A stretch of 64,000 nt of DNA from Turneriella sp. (GTDB lineage: Bacteria > Spirochaetota > Leptospiria > Turneriellales > Turneriellaceae): NCBI GenBank assembly GCA_965279515.1, contig CBDIID010000003.1, positions 2,816,001 to 2,880,000 on the forward strand, given 5' to 3'. This document shows positions 39,336 through 48,857 of this stretch, piece by piece (the stretch's first letter is position 1; every line of letters starts with the position of its first letter). Both the position numbers and the translations under genes were made by a program. The notes below the pieces were generated by a model. It did no database searches and was not told the origin of the DNA. It saw only the letters and a list, made by a program, of their open reading frames with translations.

Positions 39336-40166
39336 TTAGAGACTTTCGCTGTCGGAGAGGCTGAAAATCGCTTTTTCGCCGGCTTTGTACTGCTCGAATT
39401 CGTCGTCGTCATCGACTTCGGCGATCTGAACATCGCCTTTGATGACTTCGATGGAAAATTTCGGTTCGCCTACGGGCAAAAGATTCCCGAGTTCTTTGAA
39501 ACGCAGATGCACATCGTTATCGGGCCCCTGCGCAATACGTACCTTTGCCTTAAATGGTCCGTTGTTGACGATGACAGACGCTTTGCCTTTGTATTTCAGT
39601 TTGAAATCCGCTTCGGTGCCGGCAAACGCCACTTCAGAGCGGAAAGAGTCGCCGTTCGAGGCCTTGACGACGCGCAGTTTGGAGCCCTGCGCTACGGTGA
39701 ACTCACCGATTTTTTTGCGTTTGCGCATGACGCGCAGAGAAACAGACTTTTCATGCGTGCCGAATTCATTGTTGAGGGCGCTTTTGCCCAGCTCGTCTTC
39801 GATGCGTATGGTATCGTCGGCGAGAAAACTGATGAGGGTAAGCCCTGCGCCGATAGCCACGACAAAGAGTGCGGCGCGGCTGATAATCTTGAATGTGGTT
39901 TGCGCGGTTAAACGCCCGAATGTTGCCGAGACCAGACGGCCACGTGCCTTTACAGGTTTATTATGCGTTACGCTGGCAAGGTTCGTTAGCCGCGCGCGGT
40001 TCTCGTTTTGGTATTCGGCGATGGCGTCAGCCTTGGCCTGGCTCGGCAGAAATTCTGCGGCCGCATTGGCATACTTATGCGTTGTGATAGCGAAGAGCTG
40101 GTCGGCCATAGAGAGGCCCTGCCCTTTGGGGTTTTTGCGGGATGTTCTGTTTGTAACCCGTGCCAT
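39336..40166 (-). CDS. Single-TM hypothetical protein, possible FecR-like anti-sigma factor (start at 40166 or 40109)
   Basis: One TM followed by a beta-rich domain ending IEVIKGDVQI; directly downstream of an ECF sigma gene. Confidence 0.55.
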   Translation of the reverse strand: MARVTNRTSRKNPKGQGLSMADQLFAITTHKYANAAAEFLPSQAKADAIAEYQNENRARLTNLASVTHNKPVKARGRLVSATFGRLTAQTTFKIISRAALFVVAIGAGLTLISFLADDTIRIEDELGKSALNNEFGTHEKSVSLRVMRKRKKIGEFTVAQGSKLRVVKASNGDSFRSEVAFAGTEADFKLKYKGKASVIVNNGPFKAKVRIAQGPDNDVHLRFKELGNLLPVGEPKFSIEVIKGDVQIAEVDDDDEFEQYKAGEKAIFSLSDSESL

Positions 40167-40265
40167 ACTTTCTCTAAAGAAGATACGTATTTATCGGCAT
40201 CTTCGGACAGATTTTTTCTCCATCCGCCTGTCTCGCAATTTGGTTATGTCCCATCAGTGCCAATT

Positions 40266-40796
40266 TTATTCCAATTCGACCTTTTCGATCCCGAGCTTTT
40301 TCAGCTCCTGCTGAAAGAACTGGAAGAGCTGTGAGACACGGCGCCGCAGGTGGCGGTCAGAAATCTCCAAAGTCTCGGCAATGAGCAGTTTGGGCTTACC
40401 TTCTTCGAGCATGTGGAGTAACAGAATACCCTCGCCCTTTTTATCGAAGCGCATCGCCAGCTCGCGCAGGGTACCGCGCAGTTCATGCCAGGCGCGGCTT
40501 TTGACGTTTTCTTCGGGGGCTTCGATGCGGTCGAATTTTTCTTCGGTGAAGTGCGTCAGCTTCTTGCCGCGGCGGATATAGTCGATCGCGCGGTTATGGC
40601 ATGAGCGGTAGAGCCAGGCGAGCTCGTCTGAAGTGCGTATTTTTTCTTCGCGTTTCTGTTTCAGGAAAGAAATGAAGACGTCTTGCAGCACATCGTGCGC
40701 CTCATCGTCACCGACGAAGTTGCGCAGGTATTTAAGAAGCTGCCCCTTATGCTCGCGGAAAAGGACATCGACACTTTTCTCAGCGGCGTCGGCCAT
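40266..40796 (-). CDS. ECF-type RNA polymerase sigma factor
   Basis: LFREH...L.KYL, AHDVLQDVF, AWLYR.CHN.AIDY.R (region 2); IAETLEIS.RHLRRR (region 4). Confidence 0.85.
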   Translation of the reverse strand: MADAAEKSVDVLFREHKGQLLKYLRNFVGDDEAHDVLQDVFISFLKQKREEKIRTSDELAWLYRSCHNRAIDYIRRGKKLTHFTEEKFDRIEAPEENVKSRAWHELRGTLRELAMRFDKKGEGILLLHMLEEGKPKLLIAETLEISDRHLRRRVSQLFQFFQQELKKLGIEKVELE

Positions 40797-40835
40797 GGAG
40801 AGGCCACGGGGGGGCATGAACTCAGTAAGTAAAGT

Positions 40836-41573
40836 TTATTGTCGGCAAAGATGTAGGACGAATTCCTGATTACCTTTCGTGCCCTTAACTGCTGCCTTTT
40901 CGCTGTGTTCAACCATGATTTTCAGGGCAGCCAGTTTGGTTGTGAATGCCTCCAGCAGCTGGTGGGATTTCTCTCCGTCCTCAAGAATGCCGTCGACCAG
41001 CATACCGCGCTCCGCCTTGGGTAATTCAAATTGCGGTTTAAAGAGCACAATGCCTTCGGCCGGCCGCGAACGCGGTTCCAGCAGGGCGAAGGCTTTGCCG
41101 ACCATACCCTCCAGCGACGCAAATGATACGTCGGCGACGAATGCTTCGGGTTTCTGTGTGAGCTGCGCGGCTTCGAGTGTCTTAAAATCACATCCCTCAA
41201 GCACCTGAACACGTTTATCGGTGCGCAGCTTCTGGTGCAGAAGGCCTTTGCCGACGTCGATGGCGATCACCGCTGCGGCGCCGCGTTGCAGCAGCGCATC
41301 GGTGAAACCGCCCGTCGAAGCACCGATATCCAGAAAGTTTCTGCCTGCGACCGGAATGCCAAAACTTTCCAGCGCGGCATCGAGCTTCTCGCCCGCGCGT
41401 GAAACAAACTTCTTCACGCCGCGGATGCGGATGGTATCGGTTTCTTTGACGGTGGCACCCGGCTTGGTTACAGGCACGTCGTTCACCAACACTTGCCCCG
41501 CGAGAATGAGCCCTTCAGCTTTTTTTTCATCGGGGGCAAGGGCGCGCTGTATTAACGCTTCTTTCAGCTGCAT
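40836..41573 (-). CDS. tlyA: TlyA family rRNA 2'-O-methyltransferase
   Basis: S4 domain, FVSRAGEKL, DIGASTGGFTD, DVSF.S, KPQFE, G.KGNQE. Confidence 0.95.
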   Translation of the reverse strand: MQLKEALIQRALAPDEKKAEGLILAGQVLVNDVPVTKPGATVKETDTIRIRGVKKFVSRAGEKLDAALESFGIPVAGRNFLDIGASTGGFTDALLQRGAAAVIAIDVGKGLLHQKLRTDKRVQVLEGCDFKTLEAAQLTQKPEAFVADVSFASLEGMVGKAFALLEPRSRPAEGIVLFKPQFELPKAERGMLVDGILEDGEKSHQLLEAFTTKLAALKIMVEHSEKAAVKGTKGNQEFVLHLCRQ

Positions 41574-41607
41574 GGTTCACCCCAAGTCTGGGGGAAGGGA
41601 GACTTTA

Positions 41608-41650
41608 CCTCCCCCTCCGCAAATTTGAGGAGGGGGCTGGGGGGTGGGGC
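41608..41650. repeat. Intergenic C-rich/G-rich palindromic element, probably the same family as 37430 and 50954
   Basis: CCCCCTCC-GCAAATTTGA-GGAGGGGG followed by CTGGGGGGTGGGGC. Confidence 0.6.
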
Positions 41651-41670
41651 GAAAACCGATCGGGTCATGC

Positions 41671-42516
41671 TCAAGAATGCCGGTTCATTAAAAAGTCAGG
41701 TAATGAAACAAAGAGGGCCGATTCGGGAAAAATTTTTGCTGCATTTACTTTGAGTTTAGCAGCAAGCGCCGTTGCGCGAATCCTGGCTTTCTCCATACCG
41801 ATGGCAGCAACAATCGTTTTCTTATTCTGGGCAGCATCTTTACCCGCAGTTTTGCCGAGCGTCGCGGAGTCTTCCGTCGCGTCGAGCAGATCGTCCGTGA
41901 TTTGGAACAAAAGTCCCAGGCCGCGGGCCCAGCGCATGATGGGCAGACGTATTTTTTTCTCCGCTGTGAGAAACGGCAATACCACCGCGGCTTCGATGAG
42001 TTTGCCGGTTTTCAGGCGGTGCAGCCGCAGCGTCGAAGCGGTATTTGCCTCCATATCGAGAAACTGACCCGACACCATGCCCTGGGCGCCGACCGCACGC
42101 GCGAAGTACTGAATGGCAGTAGCGGGGGCATCCGCGCTGGCAACAAATTCAAAACTTAAGGATTGCAAGAGGTCACCGACGAGAATCGCCGTTGCTTCGC
42201 CGTATTTCTTATGGCAAGAAGGCTGACCGCGCCTCAAATCGTCGTTGTCCATCGCGGGCAAGTCGTCGTGCACCAGCGAGTAGGTGTGCAGGCATTCGAG
42301 GGCAGCGGCAAGGCGCAGCGTACACGTGTCGTTGAGGCCGGCGAGTCGGCCGGCTTCGAGAACAAGGACCGGCCTAAAGCGTTTGTTTTTTCCGGAGAGT
42401 GTGTACTTTGTCGCTTCTTTGAGCAGGGGCGGCGCCGACTTGAGAGAGGTTTTCCGCAGCAGCAAAAAAAAATCCCGCTCGAAGCGGGACTTTAATTCGT
42501 AGAGCGGATCGCTCAC
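41671..42516 (-). CDS. ispA: Farnesyl diphosphate synthase (geranyltranstransferase)
   Basis: KRFRP, HTYSLVHDDLPAMDNDDLRRG, KTG.L, FQITDDLLD, GKTAGKD. Confidence 0.93.
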   Translation of the reverse strand: MSDPLYELKSRFERDFFLLLRKTSLKSAPPLLKEATKYTLSGKNKRFRPVLVLEAGRLAGLNDTCTLRLAAALECLHTYSLVHDDLPAMDNDDLRRGQPSCHKKYGEATAILVGDLLQSLSFEFVASADAPATAIQYFARAVGAQGMVSGQFLDMEANTASTLRLHRLKTGKLIEAAVVLPFLTAEKKIRLPIMRWARGLGLLFQITDDLLDATEDSATLGKTAGKDAAQNKKTIVAAIGMEKARIRATALAAKLKVNAAKIFPESALFVSLPDFLMNRHS

Positions 42517-42531
42517 GGAACGGTGTGGTGG

Positions 42532-42960
42532 TTATTGACCAGCGAGTTCGAGACCGTTGAAGAAGAACGCACCTTCGATTTTTGCGTTTTCAACAGAGTC
42601 AGAACCGTGCACGGCGTTTTCGCCTTTAGATTTCGCAAACAGCTTGCGGATCGTGTTGGGCTTCGCTTCAGCGGGGTCGGTTGCACCGATTACGTCGCGC
42701 CAGTGCAACACTGCGTTATCGCGTTCGAGAATCGCTGCGACGACAGGGCCTGAAGCCATGAAGCTACAGAGTTCGCCGTAGAACGGGCGAGAGGCATGTA
42801 CGCTGTAGAATTCCTGCGCCTGTTCGAGGCTCAGGCGTATGCGTTTCATCGCGCGGATCTTGAAGCCTTCTTCTTCGATGCGGGCCAGAATCTTGCCCGA
42901 GTAGTTCGAACGCACGGCGTCCGGTTTCACCATAATCAATGTCGTTTCTTTTTCAAACAT
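42532..42960 (-). CDS. ndk: Nucleoside diphosphate kinase
   Basis: [23 protein letters not shown]. Confidence 0.97.
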   Translation of the reverse strand: MFEKETTLIMVKPDAVRSNYSGKILARIEEEGFKIRAMKRIRLSLEQAQEFYSVHASRPFYGELCSFMASGPVVAAILERDNAVLHWRDVIGATDPAEAKPNTIRKLFAKSKGENAVHGSDSVENAKIEGAFFFNGLELAGQ

Positions 42961-43046
42961 AGGGTGAAATGGCTTTTTTAGACATGCCGTCAACGAGAGC
43001 ACCTGTTACTCCTTGACGCCCTCTTTTCCGTTTAAACTCAAACTCT

Positions 43047-43928
43047 ATGGCAGTTCTCATTACAGAAAAGACACGCATCATCGTTCAGGGCATCACCGGC
43101 AAAGAAGGCTCATTCCACACAGGGCAGATGCTCGAATACAATACCACGGCAAAAGTCGTCGGTGGTGTAACACCCGGCAAGGGCGGGCAAAAATCAGAAC
43201 ATGGTTTGCCGATCTTTAACAGTGTCCAGGACGCCGTAGACAAAGAAAAAGCCAATGCTGCGGTCATTTTCGTCCCACCTCCGTTTGCCGCAGATGCCAT
43301 TCTCGAAGGCATTACCGCTGGTCTCGATCTGGTGATCTGCATCACCGAGGGTATTCCCGTCCGCGATATGTCGCGCATCGTCGATTATATCCGCAATTCT
43401 AAAACTGTTGTTGTTGGGCCAAACTGCCCTGGCGTGATTACTCCGGGTGTCGGCAAAATGGGCATCATGCCAGGCTTCATCCACAAGGCGGGTACGATTG
43501 GCGTGGTTTCGCGCTCGGGTACGCTGACCTATGAATCCGTACACCAGCTGACCCAGGTCGGCCTCGGGCAGTCTACGTGTATTGGTATTGGCGGTGACCC
43601 GATCATCGGCCTGCCGCACCTCAAAGCGGTTAAACTTCTGGCGGATGACCCGCAGACCGAAGGCATTGTTATGATCGGCGAAATCGGTGGCAGCGCCGAA
43701 GAAGAGGCCGCGGAATACATCAAACAATATGTGAAAAAACCTGTCGTGGGTTTCATCGCCGGCCAAACGGCGCCTCCGGGCCGCCGCATGGGTCACGCGG
43801 GTGCAATCATTTCCGGTTCTGCTGGTACAGCCCAGACCAAGATGAAGGCCATGGCCGATGCGGGCATCCACGTCTGCGAGTCGCCGGCACAGATCGGCGA
43901 GTCGATGAAAAAAGCGCTGGGTAAGTAA
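43047..43928 (+). CDS. sucD: Succinyl-CoA synthetase alpha subunit
   Basis: [30 protein letters not shown]. Confidence 0.97.
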   Translation: MAVLITEKTRIIVQGITGKEGSFHTGQMLEYNTTAKVVGGVTPGKGGQKSEHGLPIFNSVQDAVDKEKANAAVIFVPPPFAADAILEGITAGLDLVICITEGIPVRDMSRIVDYIRNSKTVVVGPNCPGVITPGVGKMGIMPGFIHKAGTIGVVSRSGTLTYESVHQLTQVGLGQSTCIGIGGDPIIGLPHLKAVKLLADDPQTEGIVMIGEIGGSAEEEAAEYIKQYVKKPVVGFIAGQTAPPGRRMGHAGAIISGSAGTAQTKMKAMADAGIHVCESPAQIGESMKKALGK

Positions 43929-43951
43929 GCCCTGATCTTCAGGAGCTGCGG

Positions 43952-44305
43952 TTAGGTCAAATAGAGCTTTTCCGCGACTGCTCGCAAGGCTTTGTCATGG
44001 GTTAGCAACTTGTGCGCATCTGCCTTTGCTGATGCAATCAGGTGACAATCAACAAATCCCAAACCTTGGCCGGACAAGTGATGGTGCCGAACAAAAGTCT
44101 TAAAGGTCATTTCATGGATCAACGTAGCCCTGGGCAAAGCCTCTAAAAGCATTGCATTCTTCTGATTTAAACCGCCCAATAATAGTTCACCTTCGACAAA
44201 CGGGTGCAGAATGGCTTCATTCTCAATAAATAATGTTTGTAAAAATCTGAATTGCGGATTGCCCTTAAAAAATTCAACGAAGACGCTGGTGTCGATTAGG
44301 GTCAT
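43952..44305 (-). CDS. vapC: PIN-domain toxin
   Basis: LIDTSV, HPFV.GEL..G, GLGFVDCHL, LLTHDK.L. Confidence 0.9.
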   Translation of the reverse strand: MTLIDTSVFVEFFKGNPQFRFLQTLFIENEAILHPFVEGELLLGGLNQKNAMLLEALPRATLIHEMTFKTFVRHHHLSGQGLGFVDCHLIASAKADAHKLLTHDKALRAVAEKLYLT

Positions 44306-44493
44306 CTGCGGCGCGGGGGGACTTTTAGATCCCTCTGGCTGCCAAACATATTTGCCAGTTGCTTACGCTTATGCGCATGGATAAGTTCGCGTAACCCCGC
44401 TTCAACGGTCGCCGTCTTGGTCTTAAATTGATAAAGCGCCGCTGCTTCTTGTAAAAGCTCAGGATCAATCTCCAGTGTTGTTTTGACTCCCAT
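44302..44493 (-). CDS. vapB: VapB-type antitoxin
   Basis: KTTLEID.ELL.EA......TKTATVEAGLRELI; overlaps vapC (ATGA). Confidence 0.88.
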   Translation of the reverse strand: MGVKTTLEIDPELLQEAAALYQFKTKTATVEAGLRELIHAHKRKQLANMFGSQRDLKVPPRRR

Positions 44494-44528
44494 ATGGGTA
44501 AAGTATACATATACCCCCATATAGTCTA
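44492..44528 (-). promoter_or_regulatory. vapBC promoter with palindromic autoregulatory operator
   Basis: ATATGGG...GTATA-CA-TATAC...CCCATAT nested inverted repeats; minus strand TAGACT and TATACT hexamers. Confidence 0.6.
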
Positions 44529-44618
44529 GAGATTTCCTATGGTTCTGTCAGGCGCAGGGATCGTGTAAATGCTTTAAGCATTTTCGCCGTGAATCGATTT
44601 TCAAATTAGATTATTACC

Positions 44619-45173
44619 GTGGCCGTAAAACCTGTCCTCACCATACAAGACGAGCGCCTCTATAAGGTCTCAGCCAAAATAACCAAGTTTGACCGTGACC
44701 TGCGCGATCTCGTACGCGATATGTTTGATTCGATGGCCGAAGAGGGCGGGGTGGGGCTTGCCGCGGTACAGATCGGCGTCTTAAAACGCGTGCTCGTGAT
44801 CGACCTTGTCGAGAAGGGTTTTATCAAAGGCGCATTTATCAATCCCCGCCTGATCGAAGCGTCCGACGAGATGCAAGACGGTGAAGAGGGATGCCTCTCG
44901 GTGCCCGGCCTCTCTGCCGAACTCAAGCGCCCGCGCTGGGTGAAGATCGGCTATCAGGATATGAGCGGCAATGAGAAGACCGTCGAGGGCGAAATGCTGC
45001 TCGCGCGGGCTTTTCTGCACGAGATGGATCACCTTGACGGTAAGGTTTTTGTCGATCAGCTCGAGCCGAAACTGCACAAAGAACTCGCGGGTGACATCGA
45101 CCGCATCAAGCACGGTCTGCCTGTCGAGCACGCGGTAGAACCCAAATACCGCAATCGTAAAAAAGCGTCTTAA
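44619..45173 (+). CDS. def: Peptide deformylase
   Basis: GVGLAAVQIG, EGCLSVP, HEMDHLDG. Confidence 0.96.
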   Translation: MAVKPVLTIQDERLYKVSAKITKFDRDLRDLVRDMFDSMAEEGGVGLAAVQIGVLKRVLVIDLVEKGFIKGAFINPRLIEASDEMQDGEEGCLSVPGLSAELKRPRWVKIGYQDMSGNEKTVEGEMLLARAFLHEMDHLDGKVFVDQLEPKLHKELAGDIDRIKHGLPVEHAVEPKYRNRKKAS

Positions 45174-45179
45174 ATTCGT

Positions 45180-46169
45180 TTAAGCGACGAGTTCTTTCGC
45201 CGCAACAATAATTCTTTCTACATTCGGCAACACCTGCGGCTCGAGAGAGAACGTATACGGCATGGGTACGTCATCCGATGCGACGATTTTCACGGGCGCA
45301 TCCAGTTCATCAAAAGCAATTTCCTGAATATGGTGTGAGAGCCACGCGCCGTAAGAAGCGACCGGCGTGCCTTCGTGTACGATGAGCAGCCGGTGTGTTT
45401 TCTCCGCCGCTCTTTGAATCGCTTCTGAGTCGACGGGTTTCAGCGAACGCAGATCGAGAATGTCGGCGACGATGCCTTCGGCCGCAAGCTGCTCTACCGC
45501 CTGCTTCACCACATGGAATGTCAGCGACCAGCAGAGAATCGTCAGTTGGGCTTCACCCGGCGCCTCGTGCAGCGCCGCCATGCCGAAAGGAATCATAAAA
45601 TCCGGCACGTCGGCGTGTTCGAGCTCACCTTTGATGGCATAGATTTTTTCATGCTCGAGAAAAATCACCGGGTTATCGGAACGCACGGCGGTCTTTAAAA
45701 GGCCGCGCATGTCGGTGGGGTTCGAGGGCGAAACGACGATGAGCCCCGGTGTGTAGGTATAAAAACTTTCGAGAATGGATGAATGCTGCGCGCTGAGCGA
45801 CCCGCCTGCACCCTGCGGCGCGCGAAAGACGATCGGCATGTGGAACTGCCCGCCCGACATCAGGTGCATCTTCGCCGCGTTGTTGATGATCTGATCGATC
45901 GCGACTAAAGAAAAATTCCAGGTCATGAATTCGACGATGGGCCTCAGGCCCGCCATCGCTGCGCCGATCGCGAGCCCCGTGAAACCCGCTTCGGCTATCG
46001 GAGTATCAATGACGCGGTCTTCGCCGAAACGCGCCATGAGATTTTGCGATACTTTATACGCGCCGTTGTAATGGCCGACTTCTTCGCCGATGAGAAAGAC
46101 ATCTTTATCGCGTGCAAGTTCTTCGGCGAGGGCAATGTTGAGGGCTTCGCGGACAGTGACTTCGGCCAT
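45180..46169 (-). CDS. pdhB: Pyruvate dehydrogenase E1 beta subunit
   Basis: GEEVG.YNGAYKVS, DTPIAE.GF.G, EFMTWNFS..AIDQ, AQHS. Confidence 0.92.
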   Translation of the reverse strand: MAEVTVREALNIALAEELARDKDVFLIGEEVGHYNGAYKVSQNLMARFGEDRVIDTPIAEAGFTGLAIGAAMAGLRPIVEFMTWNFSLVAIDQIINNAAKMHLMSGGQFHMPIVFRAPQGAGGSLSAQHSSILESFYTYTPGLIVVSPSNPTDMRGLLKTAVRSDNPVIFLEHEKIYAIKGELEHADVPDFMIPFGMAALHEAPGEAQLTILCWSLTFHVVKQAVEQLAAEGIVADILDLRSLKPVDSEAIQRAAEKTHRLLIVHEGTPVASYGAWLSHHIQEIAFDELDAPVKIVASDDVPMPYTFSLEPQVLPNVERIIVAAKELVA

Positions 46170-46209
46170 CGGTTTCAAGGTGCGGCCCGCGCACAAGCGT
46201 CAAGGCAAA

Positions 46210-46956
46210 TTAGACCTCAGCTAAAGGCGCGCGCGGTACTTTGATGAAGGTCCCTGGGGCGATGTCAGCCAACAGGTAGGGCCCCAGTTCGGTGCGCGTC
46301 AGTTCGCGGGCAAAAACACCCAAACGTTCGAGCAGGCGCCGTATTTCACGGTTCTTGCCTTCGCGCAAATGCATTTCATAATGTGCAGGTTTATCGAGGG
46401 GAATAACCTTCTCAAAGCGCAGGCGCTCCCCCTTGTCCATGACACCCTTTTCAGCGCGGGCAATATCGGCAGGTGACAGTGGCCGCGAGGTGCGCACATA
46501 ATATTTTTTCACCACGCCGTGTTTGGGATGGCTGAGCGCGAAGATATGGTCGCCGTCGTTCGAGAGCACCATGAGGCCCGCCGACGATACGTCGAGGCGA
46601 CCGGCGAAAAACCAGGTCTTGTACTCCGCGGGCAAAAAATCAAAGACCGTTTTGAGTTCTTTACCGCGCACGCGTTGTGAGCGGTGCGAGCAGATCACAC
46701 CCTTGGGTTTGTTAAAAAGCAGAACAGAATCGTCGCCGCCCAGTTTGATGGTCTTGCCGTCGACGGTGAGATGAATCTGCGTAAGATCGGCCTCGTCGAT
46801 TGTATGGTTGAGTTCGGTAATCTTTACACCGTCGATGGCGACGACGTGTTCATTCAGAAAATTAGCTGTTGCGCGGCGCGGTGCAACACCGGCGCGCGCG
46901 AGAAGTTTTCCGATACGGATTTTTTTTTCGGATTCCGGGTCTTGCAGGGGACTCAA
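46210..46956 (-). CDS. RsuA/RluB family pseudouridine synthase
   Basis: S4 domain, NKPKG, GRLD, HP...V.K.Y, EGKNREIRR. Confidence 0.92.
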   Translation of the reverse strand: MSPLQDPESEKKIRIGKLLARAGVAPRRATANFLNEHVVAIDGVKITELNHTIDEADLTQIHLTVDGKTIKLGGDDSVLLFNKPKGVICSHRSQRVRGKELKTVFDFLPAEYKTWFFAGRLDVSSAGLMVLSNDGDHIFALSHPKHGVVKKYYVRTSRPLSPADIARAEKGVMDKGERLRFEKVIPLDKPAHYEMHLREGKNREIRRLLERLGVFARELTRTELGPYLLADIAPGTFIKVPRAPLAEV

Positions 46957-47645
46957 GGGTTAGCGGGATTCGCGCTCTTTTTTTCGAGAGTATCCGTGAG
47001 GTTGAGCTTGTATTCTTCGTTGTCCATGGTGGCGGTGAACACGAGTGTCTCGCCGACCATTTTTGCTTTAAGGTCTGTCATCATGGGTTTTTTGATATCG
47101 AGGATAACAATCTTCGCGACCGGGCCTTCGAAAACGATTTCATATTTACCCAACTGGGTACGGGCACGGTTACTGCCGAAATCCAGTGCGCCACCGGGAT
47201 AAAGCGTCACGTAGTTCGGTGTCAGCGCTCCCTGTACCGTCGCGGCCTCCCAGCGGCCAATCACGACCTGGCGCAATTTTTTTTCCATCTTCTCATTGAG
47301 GCCCTGCACATCGCCTTCGCTTGATTCTATCGCCAGATGCGCACCGTATACCCACCCGGTGAGCCCGGTGCTGTTTGTCACTTTATACCAATAGGCATTG
47401 AGCTGACCGATCTGCACGGGTTCGGCGCTGCGCTGAACGATTCTTACCTGCTCGCCGCGCGAGAGGTGGGCGAGTTCGACGGCTGTGGTATTGGGGGCAA
47501 TGCGCATTTTGAGGTCTGCGGCGCTGACGGTCGTGGTAGCGGGCAGGGGCGCATCGGTCGGGTCTGCTTTTTTCTTACAGGCCGAAAGCGCGACGAATAT
47601 TCCGATGAGTATGAGCTGAACTTGACGCCTTTGTGCTTTCCGCAT
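46953..47645 (-). CDS. SH3-domain lipoprotein
   Basis: LSAC lipobox; LKMRIAP...L..GE.V...WYKV...GLTGWVYG (SH3b). Confidence 0.8.
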   Translation of the reverse strand: MRKAQRRQVQLILIGIFVALSACKKKADPTDAPLPATTTVSAADLKMRIAPNTTAVELAHLSRGEQVRIVQRSAEPVQIGQLNAYWYKVTNSTGLTGWVYGAHLAIESSEGDVQGLNEKMEKKLRQVVIGRWEAATVQGALTPNYVTLYPGGALDFGSNRARTQLGKYEIVFEGPVAKIVILDIKKPMMTDLKAKMVGETLVFTATMDNEEYKLNLTDTLEKKSANPANP

Positions 47646-47705
47646 GGCGTGCGATTTATTTATGAGAGGCCGGGTCAACTCATTTGGCCTCCGGTATTTT
47701 CCCCG

Positions 47706-48653
47706 ATGCGCACCGAAATCCGCCAGATTCAGATTAAAGACAGCGAAGCGGCCGAGCGTCTCGATGTTTTTCTGACGCGGCGCTTCCCTGACTACTCACG
47801 CACCGAATGGCAGGCACGCATCGATGGCGGATTTATTAAGATCAACAGCATGGTCGCCCGTCCGTCGCGGCGTCTGAATGCGGGTGATATGATCGAGTTT
47901 TCTGTAACCTTTCGCGCAGAGCCCGAAGTCAACGCAGAGATCAGCATTCTCTTCGAAGACGAAGACTATCTCATCGTCAATAAGCCGCCAGGCATACCTG
48001 TGCATCCCTCGGGCATCTACCGCACCCGGGCTGTCACCAATCTGCTCGTGGAAAAGGGAATTCTCGCGACGCCGTATCTTCTGCACCGCCTCGACCGCGA
48101 GACCAGCGGCGTATTGGCTGTCGGAAAGAACCGCGCCGCTGCGGCAAAGTTCCAGAAAATACTGCGGGGTGGCGGCATTGATAAGGAATATCTCGTCGCG
48201 GTCGAAGGTGATTTTACTGCCACCGTCGATGCCACGGGTTATATCTACCGTCTGCCTGATTCTGCCCTGCCGCGCCAAAGATACTATAAAGAGGGAAATC
48301 CCCCTGCGAATGCCATTGAGCCGCAGACCTGCCGCACGCTCTTGACCCCCGTACAGCGCCACGGGGGCCTCAGCCTCATCGAGGCAAAGATCTTTACCGG
48401 GCGGATGCACCAGATACGCGCCACGATGTGGTCGTTGGGATATCCGGTTGTGGGCGACAAGCTCTACGGGGTGGATGGTTCGCTGTATTTCAAGTTTGCC
48501 GACGACCAGATGGAGGCGGCCGACTGGTTGAAACTGCGTCTCGACCGCTCGGCGCTGCATTGCCACCGCCTGACGTTGCAGCATCCCGTGAGACATAATA
48601 CATGGCGCATCTCTGCCCCGTTGCCGGCCGATATGCTCCGGTTATTCCCATAA
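47706..48653 (+). CDS. RluA/RluD family pseudouridine synthase
   Basis: RLDVFL S4 domain, NKPPGIPVHP, HRLDRETSG, TGRMHQIR, GYPVVGD.LYG. Confidence 0.93.
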   Translation: MRTEIRQIQIKDSEAAERLDVFLTRRFPDYSRTEWQARIDGGFIKINSMVARPSRRLNAGDMIEFSVTFRAEPEVNAEISILFEDEDYLIVNKPPGIPVHPSGIYRTRAVTNLLVEKGILATPYLLHRLDRETSGVLAVGKNRAAAAKFQKILRGGGIDKEYLVAVEGDFTATVDATGYIYRLPDSALPRQRYYKEGNPPANAIEPQTCRTLLTPVQRHGGLSLIEAKIFTGRMHQIRATMWSLGYPVVGDKLYGVDGSLYFKFADDQMEAADWLKLRLDRSALHCHRLTLQHPVRHNTWRISAPLPADMLRLFP

Positions 48654-48785
48654 TCTCATAATCTGAGCAACCCAACCCTTGTTGTTGTCCACATTTGTGG
48701 AAAAGTGTGTGGATTCACGGCCGGTTTATGTCACTTTTCTATACACGCATTATGGGCGCATCGGGCCAGAGCTTGAGCGAAAATT

Positions 48786-48845
48786 TAAGTTCATCACCCG
48801 CGACCGCCGAAAATCCGCTCCAGCTTTTTGCCCAGCGCCCGATAT
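48786..48845 (+). promoter_or_regulatory. Possible tandem sigma-28-like promoters for fliK-flgD-flgE
   Basis: TAAG-N16-GCCGAAAA (48786-48813) and a second CCCGATAT -10-like box (48838-48845). Confidence 0.45.
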
Positions 48846-48857
48846 ATCAAAATACAG

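Noticed and set aside
41396..41406. parS half-site CGCGTGAAACA in tlyA
   Set aside because: Only one arm matches, and it is explained by the conserved VSR protein motif
43952..44530. vapBC as part of a mobile element
   Set aside because: It looks more AT-rich, but no integrase, transposase or flanking direct repeats were seen
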